This document shows positions 26,042 through 39,200 of a stretch of DNA of 64,000 nucleotides, in pieces (position 1 is the first letter of the stretch; every line of letters begins with the position of its first letter). The DNA is from Antedon mediterranea. Its lineage: Eukaryota > Animalia > Echinodermata. Below the pieces are notes generated by a model. The model did not search any database, was not told the origin of the DNA, and was given only the letters and a program-made list of their open reading frames with translations. The stretch is taken from positions 24,552,001 through 24,616,000 of the forward strand of contig NC_092674.1 of NCBI RefSeq assembly GCF_964355755.1. Reading direction: 5' to 3'. The position numbers and the translations under genes were made by a program.

Positions 26042-26210
26042 CTTAATTGTGTTATGTCTTGGGCGAGCGTCTGTAAGTAACTGAGATGAGGTTGGTTTTG
26101 CTCGTCGCCTTATGATGTTTTTGATAACTTGAGTAATTTTCTTGCGCTTATATACAGGATGCCGAGCAATAAGGCCAGCATTGTGATTTACGAGCCGCAT
26201 ACGTCATAAG
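26042..26210 (-). promoter_or_regulatory. Putative promoter and non-coding exon 1, probably of the SALMFamide-type gene
   Basis: Minus strand: TGACGT (26206-26201), TATATAAGC (26154-26146), and a donor ATTAAG|GTAAGC at 26042/26041. The nearest downstream coding acceptor on this strand that I could find is at 15427. Confidence 0.55.
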
Positions 26211-26929
26211 TAGCTTCTTCCACGCCTCGTGTTCAGTCAGGCTCGGCCTGTAATTGGCTCTCTTCAGATCGTCTCAACAACACATAACTTCACAAACGCG
26301 CGTAAAACAAGATGCGTGCTGGTGTTCTACGCAGGCACTGAGAGTACTACCCTGAATGCAAACATTACGGAATTTATCTTTATTTTAAGAGCACTCATTT
26401 AAATCTAGATTACCATCGTGTATTAATAATATCTATTACCCAGAGTTAGAGTATTGTAAATATTTCACAATCAATAAACCAAATTTAACATGGTGTTCGT
26501 GTTCTTACTTATCCGTGACTGTAAGTTTGTTTTGCCTCAATGACCTCGACGATGACACCTATCTGAACTACTGTACAAAAAATAATAAAATAATGATTTA
26601 CTTAAAATTTAAATGATCGTTCTTTTATTAAGTGTGTTGGCGTTGATATGATAGTATGAAATTTCATTAAATCCAAGTTTGGCAGTTCTTTTAATGTGGG
26701 TAATTAAGCCTGATTCAAATTCAATTCAGACATCCATTACTACCTAATCTACCTTATTGTAAATGTCTACGAACTTTTCTCTCTCTTGTTTTATTGTTCA
26801 CAATACATCTGATTATCTCTGCAAATATTTAAGAATATTTGTGGGTAATTAATAACCTTAGGTAATAATATTCTTCGAAAAATGAAAACTCTTCATGAAC
26901 GGTTTACATTTTAAGATCTGGTTATGAAT

Positions 26930-27181
26930 TTGGTTGATGTTTCATGATTGATCAAATTACGTGCGTGCGTTTACGCTTACTTACGTCCATGAGTTGCGTT
27001 CAAGTGAGAACCAATCTTAATGCGTGGTTCCCACTTGAGATCCAACGCAGGAACGTAGACGCAACGCAAGTTAATCTATCACAAGTGACAGTTTGGATAA
27101 CCCATCGCTTGTGATGGGTCAAGTTACTTACGTTGCGTTCAGTAGCCTACTTGTGTGGCGTCTTTAGTGGAATCTAAGCTT
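26930..27181. mobile_element. MITE family B (GCGTGGTTCCCACT...CGCAACGCAAG palindromic type): right half plus an adjacent full copy
   Basis: Full copy 27022-27181 with palindromic arms around ccatcgcttgtgat. Related pieces at ~19020-19160, 19670-19797 and the split copy 30147-30180 / 50435-50554. Confidence 0.75.
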
Positions 27182-28179
27182 AAGGGACACTATGGTTAGC
27201 CCCGATACTGGTCTACTGTTTATCAAACATCTAATAAAAAAACCCATTTAGACTAATCAGATCATATTAAGTGTAGTCAGAAACCTGTCCGAACATAATA
27301 TATGCTTCCTCCTACCTACCTACCTACCTACATACATACCTTCAATACATATTTTTATTTCCACTGATGATAACCCTTCCAGCTGAACCTGCGGGCCAGC
27401 TGATACACATGGGTCCTGTTATGATAAACATCTATCATACTTAACTAAATTAAACTACAATACAGTATCCTATCATCAATTGAACTTCAAGAACAAAATA
27501 ATTATACGTTCCTAGAAAAAAACAATAAAAAATTTATCCATGATGAATTTCTAAATTTTTTTCTGCTTCTCTCCGCTCACTGCGGTTGCAAATCCTTATT
27601 ATTTTTGTATTTATGTTAACAATAGATAATTTCAATTCTCCTTTAATTTTTATAGCGCTGATCGTACATGAATTCAAACAATAGATTCGATTCTCAAAGA
27701 TGACGTTAACGTAAATTTATGGGTCTTTATCTCCATTTTATTCCGCCGTACGTTATGAAAATTCTGCGTTTGTTTTGAATTTGTATGTGTATACTTGTTT
27801 GCGGTATTAAATTTCATATCAATATTTGTATTACGAAATATAAAAAGTGTGTACTACTGAAACACAATTTCAATATATACTATTACAAAATATATTTTAA
27901 AGTCAATTTATTATATTCATATTCAAACAGTGCATCTCATTCAATATTCAAAATATATCGTAAAATTGATATTTATTGTTTCTGTTTATAATGAATTTAT
28001 TCAGGTCAGTAAAGTCTATAGAATCAACTAGAATATATTCATTATGTAATGAGGTTGTAGAGAGAATGTATTCTCTTCATACTTTATTAGCGTTTAACCA
28101 ATTTTTTTTGCGTTTTTATTGCGTAAAGTGTTGACGGTAACATGCATAAAGGAAGATGCTATAGATGCCGTTTATTTAA

Positions 28180-28514
28180 AGATGTATTGTCCTCCTGAAA
28201 ATATAATTCTAACGTTTTTTTTTTTGTTGAATATGCCATTATAATGTCACCTAATAGTTATCCACTTTGACCAAAAATTTGATGTATTTACCTAAAAAAA
28301 CTGTAATTTAAAGCAAAAAATAGTCAAATTGGCTGCCAGCCAATTGGTTTTTGGTTGAATATGAAAAATAATATTAATTTTAAAAGTGAAACATTCATTT
28401 TTGGGATTTTCTTTCCTACGAAAGTGATCAATTTTATTAAAACTACAAAATAATCTATTTAAAGTCTGATTTAATCAATCTTTATTTTTCATGTTTTTGG
28501 GGGACAATACATCT
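28180..28514. mobile_element. Kolobok-like non-autonomous DNA transposon (family C)
   Basis: TTAA on both flanks and TIRs agatgtattgtcc / ggacaatacatct. Partial or degenerate copies end at ~9452, 51546, 57226 and 59585. Confidence 0.75.
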
Positions 28515-30146
28515 TTAAATAATTATTATAATTAGGAAAGAAATGTTTATTAAAAATCGAAGACCACAACCTAAAAAAGATAAACACAATGTAATTAAAT
28601 TTAATATTTAAAAAAAAAATGATTTAAACTTACCTTAAAGGAATAACAAATTTAGTTTGGATTTATGAGTCAAAAAAGGTGTATTAATTTGAAATTTACA
28701 AACTTAAATATGTACAAAATATGTGGCTCATTTTGAAAACGCGGAGCCTACATTATTATTATACACGGTGGTTATACGGTGGTTCTACCGATGATATGGT
28801 TGGCTACCAATGTTGTTACTAACTCTGATATTCCCACTGTTTTCCCCTTCACTGTGCTGGAGGCTAAAACTAAACATTATGCGACCATTGAATTAAATTA
28901 TACATACATATTAAATTTTATAGCTAAGAAATGAAATTAATGCAATATAAACTTATAGAATTTCTTGTTAAAATAACTATGATAAAGAATACAATAATTA
29001 TAATAACAATAATTTAATTTTTTTTATTATTTGCAAAGATATTGATATTGTTTTAGGCTATTAGCGAATGCCATTGTTTTGTATGGTTTCTTGGTTTCTA
29101 TTATGTTTTTTTTTTCTGGTATTATTAAGTACCATAATTTTATCGCTGTTTATTTATCTTAGAATCTCAAATTGTACAAGATACTTTATTTCAGCTTCTG
29201 GCTGCCACTCTATGTTAATATTTATGCAAACAAAATATACCATGAATAATAATATTGTATACATACAATATTGATGTCCACGTTGTATGTCTATTATTAA
29301 ACGAAAACCATTCGCCGCAATGTGTCTTCATAAAGTTGTGTTTTTTATTAGTCATAAACCAGCCACTTCCTATTATTTTACGGTGAATAATGTAAGTGAA
29401 TAAATTCGTTTATGAGGACTTATATGCCTACAATACTGATAACAGAACGGTAGAATGAACCAAGGGTTCAACTATATCACTGGTCAAGCCAGCATATCGG
29501 TGTTATTAATAGCCAACGTTATTCAATAAGCCCATGATGATTTTATACTGGTATGTTATTTTCCTATAATTTGAGATATATAATAATGTAAAGATGCGTA
29601 GTAAAGACAGTGGTTGCATCGCGCTTTCTGCATTCATCAGTTTCAAAACACAGTGGACTAGTGGACTTCCATTTGCCCTAAATAAGGTCTCATGTGTCGA
29701 ATGTTGCCACAAAACAACGTATTTTTATATTGACCTATAGTGTTTTCGAAATTTCATGTATTTTTTTTTTGGTAGTTTTATTTTCGTAGTTATGCAAAGC
29801 AAAATGAATTTTCATTTTAAGTAGACCAATACAATATAATGAATCTTGAATTTTCATACTGTAGGGGCCGAGTATGCACCATTACACCGGGTAACCCCAC
29901 TTTTTTAAAATCTGCACACATGTAGGCCTACACTGAACATCCGGGGTCTTATCCAAGAATTATACATTGTTCTACCACCAGAACGGTAGAGGAGAGTATT
30001 GAACATGTACCGATTTGCATCACTCGACTCAACATCACAGTTTGTAAAAAGAAAGACTTTCTATTTTACACCAAGTGTATACTGTAAACAAGAAAGTCTT
30101 TCAGTTATGTTTTATACTGTGACATTTTTAAACGTATAATCTAAAT

Positions 30147-30180
30147 CTTGGTTCTGACTAGGACGCAACGTAAGGTCGTA
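30147..30180. mobile_element. Left half of a split family-B MITE
   Basis: cttggttctgactaggacgcaacgtaaggtcgta matches the family-B left arm and stops at a TA. The sequence resumes at 50435. Confidence 0.7.
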
Positions 30181-30234
30181 TATATATATAGTATATCACC
30201 GGGCGGTTTAGAATTAATGTTCTTTGCCTCTTGT

Positions 30235-30268
<34 letters not shown>

Positions 30269-33200
30269 CTCAACGGCCTTTGCTACGATGGATATATAGT
30301 GCTATTTCTCAAATGGCCTTTGCTACTTTGCATTTTGACTTGTGACGTATATGTTTTCCTATTCAATTACATTGCTCATCGATAGGAGCAAACGGCCAAA
30401 AGCGTCTTGAGAATTTAAATTTTTAAATTACGATAACTTTTGTAAAAATGATCGAAATTTGATCGGATAACAACATTTATAAAGACAATTTAATAGAGTT
30501 TACCCTATCATCAGCTTATATTTTCTTATCACGCACTTTTTGAAATATTGGTTTCTGAATCATGCCTACTTATCGGGTAGTAGTTTTGATAGGCCTGATT
30601 TGACAACAACCAACCTAAACCGTCTTGAACTTCTAATTTTTTTGTTACTTATCCGATTTGAAATTTCTTTGTTGTATACGATAGAAGATCATATAAAGAA
30701 CGTGTATACGAAATTTCATCGATTTATCTTAATTTTAAGTTACTTTAAAAAAATAATTCTATATTGAATTTTTTCGCGAAAAATTGGGATGTCATTTTGC
30801 TACGTACCAAAACTCAAATAGTCATTGCGTTTAACGTATTTACTCAATAAATGTAATTTTTGTACAATGTGTTCATATATATTGTTGGATTATGTGTGCC
30901 AAATTTGGATTTATAAAACTAAAAAAATTCCGAGATATTAAAAAAATATTGCTCATTTTGGCCGTTTGCTACGTATTTTCTTAATTTTTAAAATGCTTTT
31001 ACAACGTGGTTACTTTACGAAAACAAACTATTTTTAGGTATGTTAGTCTATGTTTAACATACTATCGATCTGCTATTTTGATTTTTTGAATTTAAGCGTG
31101 TTTATATTTTTAATAAAACCCGACTTTTTTTAGATTTTGTGGTCGCTAGAACTCAAATATAATTGTCTCGTTCACTCAAAGTTTATTATAAATGTAAAAT
31201 GACTTATTAAAATATCTTTATTATCATTAAATTGCAATTTACATAATGAAAAGCTTTATTTTCATTATTAGTCATCATTTAGTTAGCAAATGATTATTTT
31301 AAAAGTATATATCACAATTTTTCGGAATTTTGTTATCATTTTAAAATTGGAAAACGTTTCAAATTTAAGGACTTGTAGCAGGTCTTGTATTAAATTACGA
31401 TTTATTTTGTTTAACATTTTAGAAACAAAAATTCCTTTAATATGTGTAATCATTAAAACATTCTGCATCCACTAGACGTTGATTTTATTGATTTATATAG
31501 TTTTAAAACAATTAAATTGGCGATTAAATGTCACGAAATTTAAAAATCCTAAGCATTTTCACTGGAACCACAGCATCCTAGGCCCAACAGCATCGACAGC
31601 CTACAGCAAACTATAGATAAACCAGGTATACCGTAAGTTTTTATTTATTTTTGTTGTAATATAGATTTTTAAATAGTTATAGTTCAATGTTATATATTTA
31701 ATGTTGTTATCTGACTCTCTGGCGGTAATCTATGAGAGGTAAATTAGGGGCCTAGGCCTTAGGTCTATGATGCACATAAAATGCCAAACCTTGTGTGCAG
31801 CCCGGGGGGCTGCTGCGCCCGGCCGCGGCCCAGGCGGCCTAATTAGGCTTACCGCTTAGGCCTCGGTCTACATTAGGCCTAGGCCCTAGTGTCTGTTTAC
31901 AGGTTTGTAAGTCCATAAACAGAGTAGGCCTAGACCTAACTTTTCTGGAATCTAGGCATAGGATAGGCACTGACTAGGCCTATGTCTAGAAATAAGCATG
32001 GCCTATTATTTACAGCTTTAGCCTGGAAGCCTACTAAGCCTACTAGGCCTAGCCTCTAGGCCTAGTAGGCCTAGCCTACTCCTACCTAGCCTGTCTTAGG
32101 CTAGGCTAGGCCTAGAGGTAGTACTCAGTGCTAGAAGCCTGCCTAGGCCTAGATGTAGCCTACATCCTAAAACTAGACTAGGCCTAGGCTAGAACCTCTA
32201 GTAAAGGCTTTGACAGTTTTCTAGGCCCTACCTACATTATGTATGTTAGGGCCTATCTGACTTCTAGCATAGGCCTAGCCTAGACATTTACAGAAGGTGT
32301 ACTGTAGGTTTCCCTTCTACATCATTAACAGCTAGCTTAGAACAATCCCTGCATTAAATCAAGCATCCATCCCAAATATTTTTAACATTCACGAATTAAA
32401 CATACTACTAGGCCTATTATGATTTACAAAGCAAATTAATTTTTAGTTTTAGTGTCCGGTTTGGAGTATTCAATCAACTACTCAATTTCTGATGACTCAA
32501 TAATCAACTTAACTTCAGGTATTTTAAGTCCCAAGCTTATTCAACTTATGTTTAATGTGACTAACAACATATGAAAATAACAATTACTCCTTAAAACTAT
32601 AAATAAACATTAATTCAATCCAAATAATGGTAGCAAAAGAGATGTTATGAAATAGTAACTATTAAATACTGTTGGTGTTGACTGTATTCAGTTTTTTTTT
32701 TCAGTGAAACACAATATGGTACAAATGGAGAAAAATATATCTAGAAGAGAGGAAAATAACAAGATGAAGGAGTAGGAAAAATATGGTATACTTATCTGTA
32801 TGGGGATTTTCATACACATTAATTCATGTTAAAACAAAATGACTATTAAACTATTTTAAGCCCAATTAAATACAACAAAGCACCCAAGTCAATGCCATGA
32901 AATGTAATTTAACAGGTGTCTTAAATTAATTCTAAAGCCAATACAAAGCAAATTCATTTACAATTAAAATGAAGTGAGAAAAGTGTAATGTAACAGTCAG
33001 AATTGTTAGAAATGTAATATAAATAAAATACAAATTAAAACTTTTATTTTAGACAACTTCTAATGTTTATTAAAATGTGCTTTTTCATTTTTCAGTTACT
33101 GCTGTGGTTTCAAACATCCTTCACTTCACATACAAGTTAATGGCTTATTAATAATTAAGGTAATCAGTAAACTCATTATAAATGTTTTGCTTTAATTTAC

Positions 33201-33289
33201 TAACAATGTTTCATTTATCTACTAACCATACATAAACACACTCACACACCAACATACACAAAACACCTTTTAGAATAGCTTGTATTTAA

Positions 33290-36200
33290 TGTAGGACAAA
33301 ATTAAACATAACAATGTAGTTGTAGGACAAAATTAAACACAACAAAAGTTTGATCTAGGCTTATTAGTTGTAGGACAAAATTCAACATCAATAAAGCTTA
33401 GTTAGTTGCTTAAAATTAAACGGAGGAATACAGTTCAGTTTAGTTTATATTTACTGTATATAAAAATTAAACGGAGCAATGTAGTTTAGTAGTTGGTTGT
33501 AGAACTAATTTAAACAGGAGAATGCAGTTCAGTTGAGTTTAGTTATTTACTGTATAGGGAAAAAAAATAACAGAAGAATGAAGTTTAGTTTTAGTTGGTT
33601 GTTGGACAAAAATGAACAGTTTGGTTAATTGTTGTATTACAAATGCAGACACAGCAATACAGTTCAGTTTAGTTATTTACTGTAGGAAAAAATAAACACA
33701 TAAACATTGCAGTTTATTTAGTTAATTGTAGGAAAAAATTGGTTTAGAAATCATTTATTGACACAACATTAAACTAGTTAGACATGTGTAGGGTTACAGT
33801 TATTATAGTACACAATTAAGAGTACATATTTAGACAATCTGAAAGTATAATTGGTTGAGAAATCATCTATTAAACAAACCAATAATACAGGACATTCAAG
33901 TAGTTAGACATGTGTAGTGGTACAGTTATTATAGAACACAATTAAGAGTACATATTTAGACAATCTGAAAGTATAATTGGTTGAGAAATCATCTATTAAA
34001 CAAACCAATAATACAGGACATTCAAGTAGTTAGACATGTGTAGGGGTACAGTTATTATAGGACATAATTAGGAGTTTGTTGTAGGACACAATTAAACACA
34101 GCAGTTTAGTTTAGTTAGAACAAGCCCCGCATTAAATCAGTAATCAAGCATCCATCGTAAATATTTTAAACATAATTTTGTAATACTATTTTCATGAATT
34201 AAAAATACTATATGACTTATATTATAATGCAAATAAATTTTTAGTTTTAGTGTCCGGTTTGGAGTATTCAATCAACTAGCCTATTCAATTTCTGATGACT
34301 CAAAACTCAACTTAACTTCAGGTATTTTAAGTCCCACGCTTAATCAACGTTTTAATGTTACTAACAACATATGAAAATACAATTATTTTTAGGTCATAAA
34401 AATAACAATTACTCCTTAAAATTATAAATAAAGTAATAAATAATAATAATTCAATGCAAATAATGGTAGTAGTAGGCCTAGTGGTAACAAAAGAGATTTC
34501 TTAAAATAGTAACTATTGAATGCTGTTGGTGTTGACTGTATTCAGTTTTTTTTTCAGTGAAAAACATGATGGTACAAATGGAAAAAAGGTCTAGAAGAGA
34601 GGAAAATAACAAGATGAAGGAGCAGAAAATATATGGTTGAATATATGACTAAAATCATACCTTACATTAAAACAATCAATTAAATTAATATTTTATATTA
34701 CAATAAAGGATGAAATCAATGGTAGGACATGTAATGAGGCCAGTTAAACTAATAACATATAGTATTGAAATAGAGTAAATGTAAAATAAAGAGGTAATTT
34801 AGGTGGAAAAATGATAATTAAAAAAAATGCTAGTACTACAAGTAAAAATGTTTATTCACATATTTTTTTTATTAATTATATTTTCAGCCTCTGCTATGAT
34901 TAGTACCAAGTATTGTTGCTTTCAACAAGTCTTACTTCACAATTTGATGTCTTTTAAAGGTAATTGGTCATCTCAATATTGCTTTACGCTTTAAACCATC
35001 AGATAATAGTAATAATTGTAGCAGTACAATTAGAAATTAAATTTACATTACATTTATCAAACAAAATGTCTAATGTGATTAATTGACAACACAATTACAA
35101 AAGACAGTAAAAAAGTAGTTAATTTGAAATGCCCAAATTCAATTTAGCTTTCCCTTCTCCATCAGCTGTTCTTGTTTGGGTACATTGTTTAAAATCACAA
35201 TATATGATACACAGAAATACAGTCTGTTTAGGTCATAAAAATTAATAATGCACTAAAAATGTTATTAGTTTTATTAGTACTGTATACTAATGACTGAATA
35301 TAATGGGTTTTTTTTAAACAGTGATAATGGATAAGAAAGAGGATAATCTAGAAGTGGAAGTGGAAACAAGATGAATAATACATTTAGGAAGAAAAAAAAG
35401 GAGATGGTTGAATATAACTAATAGTCTTATTTTCATACACATTAATTCATGTTAAAACAAGATGACCATTAAACAATTTTAAGCCCAATTAAATACAACA
35501 AAGCACCCAAGTCAATGACTAGAAATGTAATTTAACAGGTTTCTTAAATTAATTCTAAAGCCAATACAAAGCAAATACATTTACAATTAAAAATGAAGCG
35601 AGAAAAGTGTAATGTAACACATCTGAGAATTGTTAGTAAAGTATTACATTTCAAATCCAAAATTAAAACTTTTTTTTAAACAACTTCTAATGTTATTAAA
35701 ATGTGCTTTTTCAATTTTTTTTTCAGTTACTTATTTAGACATCCTCCACTTCACATACAAGTTAATGGCTTATTAATAATTAAGGTAATCAGTAAACTCA
35801 TTATAAATGTTTTGCTTTAATTTACTAACAATGTTTCATTTATCTACTAACCATACATAAACACACTAACACACCAACATACACAAAACACCTTTTAGAA
35901 TAGCTTGTATTTAATGTAGAACAAATTAAATCTTCTTGTACTAGACTAAAGTTAAACACAGAAATGCAGTCAGTTTAGTTAATTACTGTAGGGAAAAATT
36001 AAAAACAGCAATACAGTTCAGTTAGTTGTTGTAGGACAAAATTAAACTAAGGAATACAGTTTAGTTTAGTTATTTACTGTAGGGAAAAATTAGAAGCAGC
36101 AATGTAGTTTAGTTGGTTGTAGAACATATTTAAACAGGGGAATACAGTTCAGTTTAGTTATTTTCTGTATAGGAAAACAATTAAAAACATCAATTCAGTT

Positions 36201-39200
36201 TAGTATAGTTTAGTTAATTGTACTGTAGGACAAATTTAAACACAGCAATGGAATTTAGTTGGTTGTGAAACAAAAGTGAACATATTTTAGTTTGGTTAAT
36301 TGTTGTAGGACAAATGTAGACACAACAATGTAGTTTAGTTTATTTGTTTGTAGAATCAAATTAAACACAGCAATTCAGTTTAGTTAAGTTGGTTGTAGAA
36401 CAAAATTAAACCGAGCAATTCAATTTATCTATTGAACAACCCAATAATACAGGACATTCAAGTAGTTAGACATGTGTAGGGGTACAGTTATTATATAACC
36501 TATTTAGGAGTACATATATTTGACAACTCTAAAATTATAATTGGTTGAGAAATCATCTATTGAACAACCCAATAGCCATTCAAGTAGTTAGACATGTTTA
36601 AGAGTACAGTTATTATAGAACACAATTAAGAGTAATTATTTAAAAAAAATCTGAAAGTATAATTGGTGGAGAAATCATCTATTGAACAACTCAATAATAC
36701 AGAACATTAAAGTAGTCAGACATGTGTAGGGGTACAGTTATTTTAGAACACAATTAAGAGTAAATATTTTAGACAAATCTAAAAGTCTAATTGATTGAGA
36801 AATTATCTATTGAACAACTCAACAATACAGGACATTAAAGTAGTCAGACATGTGTAGGGGTACAGTTATTATAGAACACAATTAAGAGTACATTGTAGTT
36901 TGATCTATTGGTTGTAGGATAAATTTAAACACAGCAATGCAGTTCAGTTTAGTTAGTTGTTTAGGTCAAAATAAAACAACAAATCTAACAGTGGAATTGG
37001 TTGAGAAATCATCTATTGAACAACTCAATAATACAGGACATTCAAGTAGTTAGACATGTCTGGGGGGACAGTTATTACAGAACACAATTAAGAGTAAATT
37101 GTAGTTTTTATCAATTGGTTGTAGAAGAAATTTAAACACAGCAATGCAGTTCAGGTTAGTTAGTTGTTTAGGGCAAAATTAAACACAGGATTGCAGTTCA
37201 GTTTAGTTGGTTGTAGGTGAAATTTAAACACAGCAATACAGTTCAGTTTAGTTAGTTGTTTAGGGCAAAATAAAACAGCAAATCTAACAGTGTAATTGGT
37301 TGAGAAATCATCTATTGGACAACACAATAAAACAGGACATTCAAGTAGTTAGACATGTGTAGGGGGACAGTTATTATAGAACACAATTAGGAGTACATAT
37401 TTTAGACAAATCTAAAAGTATAATTGATTGAAAAATTATCTATTGAACAACTCAACAATACATGACATTAAAGTAGTCAGACATGTGTAGGGGTACAGTT
37501 ATTATAGAGCACAATTAAGAGTACATATTTTAGACAAATCTAAAAGTCTAATTGATTGAGAAATTATCTATTGAACAACTCAACAATACAGGACATTAAA
37601 GTAGTCAGACAAGTGTAGGGGTACAGTTATTATAGAGCACAATTAAGAGTACATATTTTAGACAAATCTAACAGTACTATTTGTTTAAAAATCATCTATT
37701 GAACAACCCAATAATACAGGACATTCAAGTAGTTAGACATGTCTGGGGGTACAGTTATTATAGAACACAATTAAGAGTAAATTGTAGTTTTTATCAATTG
37801 GTTGTAGAAGAAATTTAAACACAGCAATGCAGTTTAGGTTAGTTAGTTGTTTATGGCAAAATTAAACACAGGAATCCAGTTCAGTTTAGTTAGTTGTAGA
37901 AGAAATTTAAACACAGCAATGCAGTTCAGTTTAGTTAGTTGTTTAGGGCAAAATTAAACACAGGATTGCAGTTCAGTTTAGTTGGAATTGTAGGTGAAAT
38001 ATAAACACAGCAATACAGTTCAGTTTAGTTAGTTGTTTAGGGCAAAATAAAACAACAAATCTAACAGTGTAATTGGTTGAGAAATCATCTATTGGACAAC
38101 ACAATAAAACAGGACATTCAAGTAGTTAGACATGTCTGGGGGGGACAGTTATTTTAGAACACAATTAAGAGTAAATTGTAGTTTTTATCAATTGGTTGTA
38201 GAAGAAATTTAAACACAGCAATACAGTTCGGTTTAGTTAGTTGTTTAGGGCAAAATAAACAGCAAATCTAACATTGTAATTGGTTGAGAAATCATCTATT
38301 GAACAACTCAATAATACAGAACATTCAGGTAGTTAGACATGTCTGGGGGGACAGTTATTATAGAACACAATTAGGAGTAAATTGTAGTTTTTATCAATTG
38401 GTTGTAGAAGAAATTTAAACACAGCAATGCAGTTCAGGTTAGTTAGTTGTTTAGGGCAAAATTAAACACAGGATTGCAGTTCAGTTTAGTTGGTTGTAGG
38501 TGAAATTTAAACACAGCAATACAGTTCAGTTTAGTTAGTTGTTTAGGGCAAAATAAAACATCAAATCTAACAGCGTAATTGGTTGAGAAATCATCTATTG
38601 GACAACACAATAATACAGGACATTCAAGTAGTTAGACATGTGTAGGGGGGCAGTTATTATAGAACACAATTAGGAGTACATATTTTAGACAAATCTAAAA
38701 GTCTAATTGATTGAGAAATTATCTATTGAACAACTCAACAATACAGGACATTAAAGTAGTCAGACAAGTGTAGGGGTACAGTTATTATAGAGCACAATTA
38801 AGAGTACATATTTTAGACAAATCTAACAGTACTATTTGTTGAAAAATCATCTATTGAACAACCCAATAATACAGGAAATTCAAGTAGTTAGACATGTGTA
38901 GGGGTACAGTTATTATAGAGCACAATTAAGAGTACATATTTTAGACAAATCTAACAGTACTATTGGTTGAGAAATCATCTATTGAACAACCCAATAATAC
39001 AGGACATTCAAGTAGTTAGACATGTGTAGGGGTACAGTTATTATAGAGCACAATTAAGAGTACATATTTTAGACAAATCTAACAGTACTATTTGTTGAAA
39101 AATCATCTATTGAACAACCCAATAATACAGGACATTCAAGTAGTTAGACATGTGTAGGGGTACAGTTATTATAGAGCACAATTAAGAGTACATATTTTAG

